Positions 10,076 through 19,416 of a stretch of DNA of 64,000 nucleotides are shown in pieces. The notes below the pieces were generated by a model. The model saw nothing but the letters and a program-made list of their open reading frames with translations. It did not search any database and was not told the DNA's origin. The DNA is from Clostridia bacterium (GTDB lineage Bacteria > Bacillota > Limnochordia > DTU080 > RSA5): assembly GCA_002919235.1 (NCBI GenBank), contig PKEX01000029.1:48583-112582 (forward strand). The letters run 5' to 3'. Each line of letters starts with the position of its first letter. The first letter of the stretch is position 1. The position numbers and the translations under genes were made by a program.

Positions 10076-11254
10076 TCACGGCGCCGAGCCGCCGCGGTCA
10101 TCCCCCCGGTCCTCCGGATCCGGCCGGAGGCGGGAGATCCGGGCCGCAAGGCCTCTCCATCCCTCTTTGTTGAGGACGAGCCAGCCGGCTCCGGCGGCGA
10201 GAACCAGGAGCAAGAGCCATCCGGCGGTGCCCAGGCCGGCCCGCCCCACCCGGCCCGAACCGGCCCCGGGGGTGAGGCCGGCGGCGGCCGCGACCACTTC
10301 CGCCGTGGGCCGTACCGACCGCAGGGCCTCCTCCAGGGAGGTGACGTGCGTGCCGAATTCGATCAAGATCATGCGGGGGCCCAGGTCTTGGTTGTAGTTG
10401 CCGCGGGCGTGAAAGATCCCTTTCACCAGCCCGGGGTACTTCTCGTCCGCGATGGCCTTGATCCGCTTGGCGTACTCCAAGTTGGCCTCCCGGTTCTGGT
10501 TCTGCCTGCCGACCACCAGGCGGATCTGGCTCATGGTCGTGCCGTTGACGTCGGCGATGTACTCCGCCCGGCGGGGAATGGCATCCCGGTGGACGTCGAT
10601 CATGGTCACCGGGCGCTCCCGGCTGATCTCGGCGGCCGTCCTGCGCGACCTGAGATAGGCTTGACCGTCGTGGGGCAGGTGGCTGTCGTCCTTCCAGATC
10701 ACCCGGTAGCCCATTTCTTCAAAGGCTTCTTTCAAGGCTTGGCCGACCCGGTGGATGTCCCCGTACTCTTTGGACTCGGTGCCGCTGGAAGGGACGTACG
10801 ACTCCGCATTGTGCGTGTGATAGATTCCGATCACGCCTTGGGAGGCCTGTCCCGCCTGGGCACCGAAGAGTCGACCCCAGATGCCGGCCAGTCCCCGTCC
10901 CGCCTGCGCCCGGGCCTCCAAGGCGCTCAGGGCGTCGGAGACGTCGGGCATCTCCGCGATGCCCTTGGCCTGCACCTCCACCCGGTCCCCGTCGACGGAG
11001 ACCACTTCGAAAAGGCGGTTCTGCTCGTCGATGTACTGATCTCCCACGTCGACGATGACCGCGGACTGGGCCACGATCTCCCCGTCCGGGGTGACAAACG
11101 TGTAAAAGCCACCGTCGTTCCGTTCGCCCAGCTCCCACTGGGGCGGCTCAAAGATGCTCTCTTGCGAGGAGGCGGGCGCGGCCCATGCGGCCGCCAGGAG
11201 AGCGCCCCAGAGAGCGGCCGCCCACATACCCCGCCGCCGGCTGGCCCTACTCAT
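10076..11254 (-). CDS. spoIIP: stage II sporulation protein P
   Basis: Internal ATG (MSRASRRRGMWAAALWG, signal/TM) with RBS GGGAGGGGGAG. IYHTHNAESY motif and a SpoIIP amidase/peptidase core. The track's N-terminal extension is rejected. Confidence 0.88.
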   Translation of the reverse strand: MSRASRRRGMWAAALWGALLAAAWAAPASSQESIFEPPQWELGERNDGGFYTFVTPDGEIVAQSAVIVDVGDQYIDEQNRLFEVVSVDGDRVEVQAKGIAEMPDVSDALSALEARAQAGRGLAGIWGRLFGAQAGQASQGVIGIYHTHNAESYVPSSGTESKEYGDIHRVGQALKEAFEEMGYRVIWKDDSHLPHDGQAYLRSRRTAAEISRERPVTMIDVHRDAIPRRAEYIADVNGTTMSQIRLVVGRQNQNREANLEYAKRIKAIADEKYPGLVKGIFHARGNYNQDLGPRMILIEFGTHVTSLEEALRSVRPTAEVVAAAAGLTPGAGSGRVGRAGLGTAGWLLLLVLAAGAGWLVLNKEGWRGLAARISRLRPDPEDRGDDRGGSAP

Positions 11255-11966
11255 CGTGTTCTCCCCCTCCCGCCCGTTGGGTTTCGCCTCCGGGGTCGCT
11301 TTCAGGAGGTCCACCGTCCGTGTAGAGCGCGGCGGGCCGCTCTCCGGAAACGTCCGGCCCGCCCTGCAGCCGTTCCCGGAGCTCGCCGAAGATTTCCGCA
11401 AAGCCCACCGAGATCACGCCGGCCAGGACCACGGCGTCGAATACGCCCGCGCCCCCGATGGAGACGTCGCTCCGGATTCCCTGCGCGAAGACCTGCACTG
11501 CGTGCACCACGTCCGCCAGGACGACGCCCAACGTCCCGGCGACGAAGGCGGCTCTCCGGGAACGCCCGGCAAGGTAGCCCATGACGCCGCCCACCAGGGC
11601 GAAGAGCCAGACGGGATCGATCACGTTGGTCCGGGGAGGGTCAAAGGAAGCAAGGGAACCGACCGCGTGGATCACGGCAGCCGTAGCGGCCGCGGCGACG
11701 ACGGCTCGCACCCGCTCCCGGGTGGTGTCGGCCCGGGCGATCAAGTAGGCGGCCACGGCCAATGGAACCAGCGCCCCGCCCACGTTGACGGAGAGGCTGC
11801 TCCTGCCCCCCACCAAGGGGAGGTCCAAGAAGCTTCCCGCGACCATCAGGCCGAGAAAGAGGAGAGCCTGGCCGTCGGTGAGCCGCATGCGGTCCAGCAC
11901 CCGGTGCGCGGCGCCGAAGTAGACCAGGAGGGCTGCGGCGAAGAGGATGACCAGTCCGGTGGGCAC
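11247..11966 (-). CDS. polytopic membrane protein of unknown function (possibly DUF1614-like)
   Basis: 239 aa, 5-6 predicted TM helices and an acidic C-terminal tail. Its stop overlaps the spoIIP start by 8 nt. Confidence 0.5.
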   Translation of the reverse strand: MPTGLVILFAAALLVYFGAAHRVLDRMRLTDGQALLFLGLMVAGSFLDLPLVGGRSSLSVNVGGALVPLAVAAYLIARADTTRERVRAVVAAAATAAVIHAVGSLASFDPPRTNVIDPVWLFALVGGVMGYLAGRSRRAAFVAGTLGVVLADVVHAVQVFAQGIRSDVSIGGAGVFDAVVLAGVISVGFAEIFGELRERLQGGPDVSGERPAALYTDGGPPESDPGGETQRAGGGEHDE

Positions 11967-12039
11967 GGCACTCCCTCGCTTTCCACGAACGCTTGCGCCT
12001 TGCGCGGAAAGTAGACTGCCCTTCCCCTTCGCGCGGTAT

Positions 12040-12073
12040 ACAAAAAGGGGTAAGGCGCCGTGCGCCTTACCCC
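12040..12073 (-). terminator. rho-independent terminator after rpsA
   Basis: Minus-strand RNA: GGGGUAAGGCGC-ACG-GCGCCUUACCCC (12-bp perfect stem), followed by UUUUUGU. It lies 52 nt after the rpsA stop. Confidence 0.7.
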
Positions 12074-12124
12074 ACTGTGCATCTGCTCATGCCCGGTGCC
12101 CGCTCCGGGGCTCCGGGCTGCCCG

Positions 12125-13516
12125 TCACTGGTCTTTGAAGAGGTTGCCCAAGTCTTCAAAGACCTCGCCCAGTGTCACCGGGGGCGCCTCCCCGCTGGTG
12201 GTGCGAGGCTCGGGGCGCGAGCCCCCGCGCCGGCCGCGCGGCCGCTCCGGCTGAGGCGAGCGCATGGAGAGGCCGATGCGGCGCCGTTCGGGGTCGACGC
12301 TGACCACCCGCACCTCCACCTCGTCGCCGGGACGCACCACTTCGGCCGGATCGTTGACGTGATAATCGGCGAGCTGCGAGATGTGGACGAGGCCCTCGAT
12401 CCCGTCCTCCAGCTTGACAAAGGCGCCGAAGTCGACGACCCGGGTGACTGTTCCCTGGACCGTGGCGCCCACGGGATACCGCTCGGCCGCGGCCAGCCAG
12501 GGGTCGGGGAGGGTCTCTCGCAGGCTCAAGGAGATCCGCTCGCTTTCGGGATCCACCTTGAGGACCATCACCTCGATGGTCTGGCCTTCCTTCACCACGT
12601 CCGACGGGTGAGCCACACGGCTCCAGGCCATCTCCGACACGTGCAGCAGGCCTTCGACGCCGCCGCCCACGTCGACGAAGGCGCCGAAATCGGTGATCCG
12701 GCGGACGACGCCGGTGACGATGGTCCCTTCCTTAAGCTTGGCGAAGGCCTCCGCCTTGGCCCGCTCGTACTCCTCCTCCAGCACCTGCTTGTGGGAGAGA
12801 ACCACGTTGTTGCGCTGGCGGTCGAGCTCGATCACCTTCAGCCTCAGCGTCTGCCCGACGTACTCCTCGAGGTTTTCCACGTAGTTGCGGCCCACGTGCG
12901 ACGCCGGGATGAATCCCCGCACGCCGACGTCCACCAAGAGGCCGCCCTTCACCCGTTCGATGACGGGGGCCTCGATCACCTCGCCGTTGGCCATGGCCCG
13001 CTCCAGCCGCTGCCAGGCCATGCGGCTGTCGGCTCGCCTCTTGGAGAGAAGCACGTTGCCTTCGGCATCCTCGATTTTAAGAACGAAGACGTCGATTTCG
13101 TCGCCGACGGAGACCACGTCGTGCGGTGTCTGACCCGATCGCAGGCCGAGCTCGTAGAGGGGAATCCTGCCCTCGAACTTGTACCCGACGTCTACCATGA
13201 CCTCGCCGTCCCCGACCTGGACCACTTTGCCCTTGACGATCTGTCCAGGCTCCAGGGTGACGAAGCTTGCGTCGTACTCGGCCATTTTGTCGGAAGGCGA
13301 GTCCACGGGGGTTTCGCCGTCCGCTGCGCTCTCCTCAGCGGCGCCTGCCGCCTCGGCCGCCTCGCCGGCGGAGGGTTCGCTCCCCGCCCCGGCCTCCGGC
13401 TCCCGGTGAAGCCCGGCCTCACCGGTCCCGGCGTCCTGGCCGAGATCCTGCTTTTGCTCTTCGTCCATGGCAGCCACTTCCGTCTCGAAGGCGCCGCCGT
13501 CTTGCCGTTCGATCAT
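12125..13516 (-). CDS. rpsA: 30S ribosomal protein S1 homolog (four S1 domains, acidic N-terminal extension)
   Basis: 463 aa with repeated S1 motifs (GxV.G.V..I..FGAFV). RBS AGGGGGGA 8 nt upstream of the ATG. Confidence 0.9.
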   Translation of the reverse strand: MIERQDGGAFETEVAAMDEEQKQDLGQDAGTGEAGLHREPEAGAGSEPSAGEAAEAAGAAEESAADGETPVDSPSDKMAEYDASFVTLEPGQIVKGKVVQVGDGEVMVDVGYKFEGRIPLYELGLRSGQTPHDVVSVGDEIDVFVLKIEDAEGNVLLSKRRADSRMAWQRLERAMANGEVIEAPVIERVKGGLLVDVGVRGFIPASHVGRNYVENLEEYVGQTLRLKVIELDRQRNNVVLSHKQVLEEEYERAKAEAFAKLKEGTIVTGVVRRITDFGAFVDVGGGVEGLLHVSEMAWSRVAHPSDVVKEGQTIEVMVLKVDPESERISLSLRETLPDPWLAAAERYPVGATVQGTVTRVVDFGAFVKLEDGIEGLVHISQLADYHVNDPAEVVRPGDEVEVRVVSVDPERRRIGLSMRSPQPERPRGRRGGSRPEPRTTSGEAPPVTLGEVFEDLGNLFKDQ

Positions 13517-13548
13517 TCAGGAAGTCCCCCCTAACGCGTGCCTGACAA

Positions 13549-13588
13549 CCAGCGCTCAGCCTGTCGATGGAGTCTATTTGAGCGCTGG
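13549..13588 (-). promoter_or_regulatory. stable hairpin in the rpsA 5' leader (10-bp stem CCAGCGCUCA/UGAGCGCUGG, ~20-nt loop)
   Basis: Seen in sequence 30-70 nt upstream of the rpsA start. It is followed upstream by a second hairpin, GGCUCCC-N10-GGGAGCC (13598-13625). The 310-nt intergenic region is unusually long for this locus. Confidence 0.4.
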
Positions 13589-13826
13589 AAAGCGCCGCGG
13601 CTCCCCGGCAAGGGCGGGAGCCCCGCGCTTCCATGATGAATTGAGATCAAAGCGTCACCAGCGACGGCGGTCCCCCCTAGTATTCGCAGGCGTGTTTCCC
13701 ATTGCTCACGGGCAATGCGCTTAGTCATTCTTGCTCGTCTAGAGGATTCCTTCCCGCTCGGCTGGGCAAATCCCTCTTGCGGGAACGCTGTCCGGGGAGA
13801 AGACGGCCCTTTCCCCGGTCCGCCCG

Positions 13827-14438
13827 TCACCTCTCCCCCCGGACGAGCTTTTCGATTTCCTGCATCATCCGCTGGTTGATCCGTTCCACGGCCTCCTTCG
13901 ATTCGCCGTCCCGGTGTTCCGACAGGTCGATGGGCTCGCCGAACCGGACGATGAACCGGTTGATCCTGGGGATGCCCCGTTCGAAGCGAAGCGGCCGGAA
14001 CGTGCCAATGAGGGCTACAGGCACCACCGGGACGCCGGCCCGCAGGGCGATGAGCCCGGCCCCGCGCTGCGGGGGCAGGAGCTCGCCGGTCTGGGTCCGG
14101 GTTCCTTCGGGGAAGATCCCCACCACTTCCCCCCGCTGCAGCACCTCGATGGCGGTCCGGACCGCGCTGCGGTCGGCTGCGCCGCGGCGGACGGGAAAGG
14201 CGTGAAGCCGGGAGATGGCCCACGAGAGGACGGGGATCTCGAACAGTTCCGCCTTGGCCATGAAGTGCACGGGGCGGGGCGAGGCAAACCCCAAGAGCGG
14301 CGGGTCGAGGGCGCTGGCGTGGTTGGCGACCAGCAGGACGCCGCCGGTCTTGGGCACCCGCTCCCGCCCCTCCACGGAGAGGCGGAACACCGTGTAAAAG
14401 AGGATTCCAAAGAGGATCCGGCCGATCAGGTAGAGCAC
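13827..14438 (-). CDS. plsC: 1-acyl-sn-glycerol-3-phosphate acyltransferase
   Basis: 203 aa with the NHASALD (HX4D) and FPEGTR acyltransferase motifs. Confidence 0.9.
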   Translation of the reverse strand: MLYLIGRILFGILFYTVFRLSVEGRERVPKTGGVLLVANHASALDPPLLGFASPRPVHFMAKAELFEIPVLSWAISRLHAFPVRRGAADRSAVRTAIEVLQRGEVVGIFPEGTRTQTGELLPPQRGAGLIALRAGVPVVPVALIGTFRPLRFERGIPRINRFIVRFGEPIDLSEHRDGESKEAVERINQRMMQEIEKLVRGER

Positions 14439-15118
14439 ACGGTCCCTCCTTTCCGGGCGCAGAGGGCGAGAATCTCATCGACCACTTGGCCCACGGAGCG
14501 CCCCGTGGTGTCGATTTCCACCGCGTCCTCCGCCTTGACCAGCGGGGAATGCTCCCGTGAGCTGTCGACCCGGTCGCGCCTTTGGATCGCTTCCAGCACC
14601 TCGCCGTAGGTGACCCGGTCGCCGCGAGCCACGAGCTCCCGGTAGCGCCGCCGCGCCCGCTCCTCCGGAGAGGCCGTCAAGAACACCTTCACGTCCGCCT
14701 CCGGCAGCACCACGGTGCCGATGTCGCGGCCGTCCATCACCACGCCGCCGCCTGCGCTCATCTGCCGCTGGAGCCGCACCAGGGCTTCCCGCACCGCCGG
14801 GTGCTTCGCCACGTGGGGGACGGCTTCGCCCACGTCGGCCCGGCGGATGGCGGCGGTGACGTCCTCGCCGTCCAGCAGCACCCGCACGCCCGCCGCGCCG
14901 TCCACCAGGCGCACGTCCGCGGCCGCCGCGGCGCGGCTTACGGCCACCTCGTCCCGCACGTCGATCCCGTCCAAAAGGCAGCGGAGGGCGACGGCGCGGT
15001 ACATGGCGCCCGAGTCGACATAAAGATAGCCCAGCGCCCGGGCGACTTCCCGGGCCACGGTGCTCTTTCCGGCACCTGCTGGACCGTCGATGGCAACGGT
15101 GAGTTTACGGCATCCCAT
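14426..15118 (-). CDS. cmk: cytidylate kinase
   Basis: 230 aa. IDGPAGAGKST P-loop and Cmk core. Confidence 0.93.
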   Translation of the reverse strand: MGCRKLTVAIDGPAGAGKSTVAREVARALGYLYVDSGAMYRAVALRCLLDGIDVRDEVAVSRAAAAADVRLVDGAAGVRVLLDGEDVTAAIRRADVGEAVPHVAKHPAVREALVRLQRQMSAGGGVVMDGRDIGTVVLPEADVKVFLTASPEERARRRYRELVARGDRVTYGEVLEAIQRRDRVDSSREHSPLVKAEDAVEIDTTGRSVGQVVDEILALCARKGGTVCST

Positions 15119-15133
15119 GGAGCGGGTCTCCCT

Positions 15134-16237
15134 TTACGACCTGGACCAGACCCGGTAGCCTTCCCGGGTCAGCAGCCGGGCCGCCTGTTCCCTGTCGGCC
15201 CACCGCTCGAAGCCCAGGCGCAGGGTGCCCCCTTCACCTTCCCTGACCCGCAAGATCTCGATGTCGATGATGTTGATCCCGGCCCCGGCCAGCACTCCCG
15301 TCACTTCGTGGATAGCTCCCGGGCGGTCCACCACATGCACGACGATTTCATGCACGGTGGACAAGATTCCTTTCGACTTCGCGGGCAGCTTCTCCCTCAC
15401 CTGGCGGGAAAATGCCAGCATTTCCTTGAGCCCGGCCTCGTCGCGCCGGGCCAAGGTTTCCCTCAGACTACGCAGCAAAGCTTCGAAACGCTCTAGTCCC
15501 TGGACGATTTGGGAAACGTTGGTCATGCAGATGTCCGTCCACACCGCCTCCGGACCGGAGGCGACCCGGGTGGTGTCGCGAAAACCCCCGGCGGCCAGCT
15601 CCAGGACGCCGGGAATCTCTCCCGCCCGCTCCGCGGCGAGCCGCACCAGGGCGGCCGCCAGGAGGTGCGGGATGTGGCTTACGGTGGCGACGATGGCGTC
15701 GTGCACATCGGGGTTCATCAGCAGCGGGCGGGCGCCGGCGGCCTGCACCAGCTCTGCCAGCAGGTCGACCGCATCCTGGGCCGCCCGCTCGTGGGGGACC
15801 AGGATGTAGGGGGCGTTCTCAAAGAGATAGGGGTCGGCGGCCCGCACCCCGTCCCGCTCCGAGCCGGCCATGGGGTGGCCGCCGACGAACCGCTCCTCGC
15901 CCCCGCTGCTCCAGATGGCGCGGCAGATTTCGCCTTTGGTGCTCCCGACGTCGCTCACCACCGCCCCGGGCTTGAGATAGGGCTGGAGGGCGCGGTAGAC
16001 CGGCACGATGGAGCGCACCGGCGGCGCCAGGATGACCACGTCGGCCTCCCGCACCCCCTCCTCGAGATCCAGCGTCCCGCGGTCGATGGCTCCCAGGGCC
16101 AGCGCTTCGTCGATGGTCTCGGACCGGCGGGCGACCCCTACCACCTCGGAGACGGCGCCCGCCGCCTTCCACGCCATTCCCAGGGAGCCGCCGATGAGTC
16201 CTACGCCGACGATGCTCACGCGAGGTTTGCTGCGCAT
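15134..16237 (-). CDS. tyrA: prephenate dehydrogenase with C-terminal ACT domain
   Basis: 367 aa. [14 protein letters not shown] motif, TyrA core and C-terminal ACT domain. Confidence 0.9.
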   Translation of the reverse strand: MRSKPRVSIVGVGLIGGSLGMAWKAAGAVSEVVGVARRSETIDEALALGAIDRGTLDLEEGVREADVVILAPPVRSIVPVYRALQPYLKPGAVVSDVGSTKGEICRAIWSSGGEERFVGGHPMAGSERDGVRAADPYLFENAPYILVPHERAAQDAVDLLAELVQAAGARPLLMNPDVHDAIVATVSHIPHLLAAALVRLAAERAGEIPGVLELAAGGFRDTTRVASGPEAVWTDICMTNVSQIVQGLERFEALLRSLRETLARRDEAGLKEMLAFSRQVREKLPAKSKGILSTVHEIVVHVVDRPGAIHEVTGVLAGAGINIIDIEILRVREGEGGTLRLGFERWADREQAARLLTREGYRVWSRS

Positions 16238-17259
16238 GGCTGCTCCAGCACGTACCGGCCCACCGCCCGGGCCACTTGATCCACGGCCTTCATCATCTGT
16301 TCAAACACCTCCGGCCGCAGCGACTGCGGGCCGTCGGACAGCGCCTCTTCGGGCCGCGGGTGCACCTCGACGATGAGGCCGTCGGCTCCCGCGGCGACAC
16401 CCGCTTTGGCCATGCCGGTCACGTACTTCCACTTGCCCGTGCCGTGGCTGGGGTCGACGATGACCGGCAGGTGGCTCAGTTCGTGCACCGCCACCACCGC
16501 GCTGAGGTCCAGCGTGTTGCGGGTCTCCGTCTCGAAGGTGCGAATGCCCCGCTCGCAGAGGACCACGTGGGGGTTGCCGGCGGAGATGATGTATTCGGCG
16601 GCCATCAGCCACTCGTTGATGGTCGCGGAGAGTCCCCGTTTGAGCAGGACCGGCTTCTTGGTCCGCCCCACCTCCGTCAGGAGGGTGAAGTTCTGCATGT
16701 TGCGGGCGCCGATCTGGAACATGTCCGCGTACTCGGCCACGGTCTCCACGTCCCGGGGGTTTACCACCTCGGTGACGATGCCCAGGCCGGTCTCCTCCCG
16801 GGCCTCCGCCAAGAGCTTGAGCCCTTCTTCGGCCAGTCCCTGGAACGAATAGGGGGAAGTCCTGGGCTTATAGGCGCCGCCCCGCAGGAGGTGGGCGCCG
16901 GCCGCCTTCACCAGCCTGGCCGTCTCGAGCAGCTGCTCCCTGCTCTCCACCGCACAGGGACCCGCGATGACGGGAACGTGGGCGCCGCCGAAGACGACGC
17001 CGGCCACGTTCACCTGCGTGCGCTCTTGCCTAAACTCTTTGCTGGCCAGCTTGTACGGCTGGAGAATGGGGATGATCCGCTGCACGCCCGGCGTCGCTTC
17101 GATCTGCTGGATCTTTTCGGCCGTCTTCTCCCCGATCGCTCCGATCACGGTCCGCTCCACGCCCTTGGACAGGTGGACGTCGAAGCCGAAGTCCCGGAGC
17201 CGTTTGATCACCTGCTCGATCATTTCGTCGGTCGCGCCCGGCTCCATGACCACGATCAT
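16216..17259 (-). CDS. 3-deoxy-7-phosphoheptulonate (DAHP) synthase with N-terminal regulatory domain
   Basis: 347 aa. The KDO8P/DAHP synthase type I-beta core ([25 protein letters not shown]) follows a ~60-aa ferredoxin-like N-terminal domain. Confidence 0.9.
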   Translation of the reverse strand: MIVVMEPGATDEMIEQVIKRLRDFGFDVHLSKGVERTVIGAIGEKTAEKIQQIEATPGVQRIIPILQPYKLASKEFRQERTQVNVAGVVFGGAHVPVIAGPCAVESREQLLETARLVKAAGAHLLRGGAYKPRTSPYSFQGLAEEGLKLLAEAREETGLGIVTEVVNPRDVETVAEYADMFQIGARNMQNFTLLTEVGRTKKPVLLKRGLSATINEWLMAAEYIISAGNPHVVLCERGIRTFETETRNTLDLSAVVAVHELSHLPVIVDPSHGTGKWKYVTGMAKAGVAAGADGLIVEVHPRPEEALSDGPQSLRPEVFEQMMKAVDQVARAVGRYVLEQPCAANLA

Positions 17260-18383
17260 GCTCCAACCTCTCCCTTCGTCGCCGCCGCTTCGAGGACGGC
17301 GGCCAGCGCGTCGATCAAACGCTGGTTCTGCTCCGGCGTGCCGATGCTGATGCGGAGCGCGGTGGGGCAGCCGAAGGAGCTGCCGGCCCTCACGATGACG
17401 CCGCGCTCCAAGAGGCCCCGGTACACCTCGTCGCTGGGCCGGCCGAGGTCGACCCAGACGAAGTTGGCCTGAGACGGGTAGGGCCGCAGGCCCAGCGCCT
17501 TGAGCTCCTGCGCCAGCCGCTGGCGTTCGGCCCGGTTGATCCGGCGGCTCATCTCGATGTGTTCGGTGTCTTGCAGTGCGGCGACGGCCGCGGCCTGGGC
17601 CACCCGGTTGACGTTGAACGGAGGGCGCACCCGCTCCAGCGTCTCGATGACGTCGACGGGCCCCACGGCGTAGCCGACCCGCAGGCCCGCGAGGCCGTGG
17701 ATCTTGGAGAAGGTGCGGGTCGAGACCACCCTCCTGCCTTCCCGGATGAGCTCCAGCACGTCCGGGAAATCGGGAGCCTCGACATACTCCACGTACGCCT
17801 CGTCGAACACCACCAGCGTCTCCCCGGGGATCGCGTCCAGGAAGCGGAGGACCTCTGCCCGGGTGACGTAGGTGCCGGTGGGGTTGTTGGGATTGCAGAC
17901 GAAGACAAGGCGGGCCCGGTGCTTGCGGGCCCGGTACGCCATCTCCCAGAGGTCGTGGACCCCTTCTTTCAGCGGGACGCTCACTTCTTCCGCGTCCATC
18001 AGGCGGGTGACGAAGGCGTACTGGCTGAAGGTGGTCTGGGCGAAGACGGCGCTCCGTCCCGGTTCCAGGTACGCCTCGGCCAGCATCCGGAAGATCTCGT
18101 CCGAGCCGCAGCCCACCGCAACCTGCCGGGGGTCGACGTCCAGGTGCCGTCCCAGCGCCTCCCGCAGCGCTCGCGAGGCGCCGTCGGGGTACAAGTGGAT
18201 CTCGCCGGCGGCCCTAGCCGCGGCTTCCCGGGCCAGGCGGCCCGCGCCGTAAGGGTTTTCGTTCGACGAAAGCTTAATCGCGTCGTGGACGCCGAAGAGG
18301 CGACGCGCGTCCTCGGCCGATGTCCCGGGGACGTAAGGCTGGATCCTTTCAAGCGCCCGCCGCGCTGGGCTTGCCACTGGCAC
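17256..18383 (-). CDS. hisC: histidinol-phosphate aminotransferase
   Basis: 375 aa. Class II aminotransferase with [10 protein letters not shown], the VCNPNNPTG stretch, and [14 protein letters not shown] carrying the PLP lysine. Confidence 0.92.
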   Translation of the reverse strand: MPVASPARRALERIQPYVPGTSAEDARRLFGVHDAIKLSSNENPYGAGRLAREAAARAAGEIHLYPDGASRALREALGRHLDVDPRQVAVGCGSDEIFRMLAEAYLEPGRSAVFAQTTFSQYAFVTRLMDAEEVSVPLKEGVHDLWEMAYRARKHRARLVFVCNPNNPTGTYVTRAEVLRFLDAIPGETLVVFDEAYVEYVEAPDFPDVLELIREGRRVVSTRTFSKIHGLAGLRVGYAVGPVDVIETLERVRPPFNVNRVAQAAAVAALQDTEHIEMSRRINRAERQRLAQELKALGLRPYPSQANFVWVDLGRPSDEVYRGLLERGVIVRAGSSFGCPTALRISIGTPEQNQRLIDALAAVLEAAATKGEVGA

Positions 18384-18768
18384 TCCCCCCTGAAGCGGCG
18401 CCGGCCCAATCGGGCCTGAGCGCTGCGGCTTCTCTCAAATAGACGTGGCGGACCGGCTGTCCGGCCTTCACGTAGGCGTGGACCAGCGCCCGGATGCAGC
18501 GGGGCTGGCTGCCTGGCACGGGGATCTCCTGCGCGCAGAGGAGCGCCGTGTTGACCAGGCCTGCCTCCCTCGCACCGACGGCGGGAAAGGCCGAGACGAG
18601 ATCCGCGGTGGCCGTGAAGATGGCGCTGACGATGTCGTCGGGCGCCAAGCCGTTTTGCGCCAGGAGCTCCTGGGTCAGCTCCCTGGCCGCCGCGATCACC
18701 TGCTCCGGTTCGTCGGCCTCCACGGTGATGGCCCCCCGTATCGCCTTGAGTTCATGCACCTCATTCAC
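18349..18768 (-). CDS. aroH: chorismate mutase, AroH class
   Basis: About 139 aa from GTG, aligning to B. subtilis AroH (IRGAITV...VSAFPA...RHVYLREAAALRPD). The track ORF 18349..19233 carries a spurious Arg/Gly-rich extension. The exact start is uncertain. Confidence 0.8.
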   Translation of the reverse strand: MNEVHELKAIRGAITVEADEPEQVIAAARELTQELLAQNGLAPDDIVSAIFTATADLVSAFPAVGAREAGLVNTALLCAQEIPVPGSQPRCIRALVHAYVKAGQPVRHVYLREAAALRPDWAGAASGGSASGKPSAAGA

Positions 18769-19211
18769 CCCGCTCTGTCGTTCCCCTCGTGCGTTCCCGG
18801 CACCGCGCGGTGGCCCACGGCCACGGCCACGTCGTCCAGGTGAAGAAGGCCGATGCCGACGTAGAGCGCCACTGCCACGTGGTCGCCTCCCCGGGCGATG
18901 CCGATCTTGCCGCCGATGTTGAGCCCCAGCGCCTTTGGGAGGAGCTGCTGAACCGCTTCGTGGGCGGCGCCGGCCACGGCGCCCTCCTCCGCGTGGCGGT
19001 CGCCGATGACGCCCTCTCGCTTCGCTGCGACCACCGCTCGCTCGACGATCCGCTTCACCATGGACGAAAACTCGCCCCCGTAGTCCACCCCCGCGGTCCG
19101 GATGCCGGCGGCGGAAAAGATCTCCTGGAGCGCCTTCTCCTCGTCGCGGTCCTCGGTGAGGGCGACGCGGATGGCAGCTTTCGCCACCGCTCTGCTGAGC
19201 GACGCAGGCAC
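18765..19211 (-). CDS. HutP-family protein (RNA-binding antiterminator-like)
   Basis: 148 aa from GTG 19211, with GGAGG 8 nt upstream. By recall it aligns to B. subtilis HutP: EGVIGDRHAEEGAVAGAAHEAV vs SGVIQSEGYRESHALYHATMEAL; HVAVALYVGIG vs WIAVSLYGTIG; VAVGHRAV vs GVGINHI. Its stop overlaps the aroH start. Confidence 0.55.
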   Translation of the reverse strand: MPASLSRAVAKAAIRVALTEDRDEEKALQEIFSAAGIRTAGVDYGGEFSSMVKRIVERAVVAAKREGVIGDRHAEEGAVAGAAHEAVQQLLPKALGLNIGGKIGIARGGDHVAVALYVGIGLLHLDDVAVAVGHRAVPGTHEGNDRAG

Positions 19212-19284
19212 GCTCCACACCTCCTCGTGACACCTCTCACGCCGGGCGGCTCCCCGGGGCGGGCGCACCGCACTCGCTTTTCGG

Positions 19285-19317
19285 GAAAACAAAAAAACAC
19301 CCTCCGGCAGGAGAGTG
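19285..19317 (-). terminator. rho-independent terminator after rluB
   Basis: Minus-strand RNA: CACUCUCC-UGCC-GGAGGGUG (8-bp stem with one G-U pair), followed by UUUUUUUGUUUU. Confidence 0.7.
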
Positions 19318-19416
19318 CAGCGAGCGCCGGCCGCGCCCAGCAGCGGCGGGCGACGAGCAGCGCGGCGGATTGTCCACGGCGCCTCACGCGGCTGGGAACC
19401 CTGCTCTCCTACCGTA

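Noticed and set aside
19212-19284. HutP RNA target (UAG-N4-UAG-N4-UAG repeats) in the leader of the hutP-like operon
   Set aside because: No UAG triplet repeats in the 73-nt leader, and there are no intercistronic gaps in the operon where a terminator could sit.
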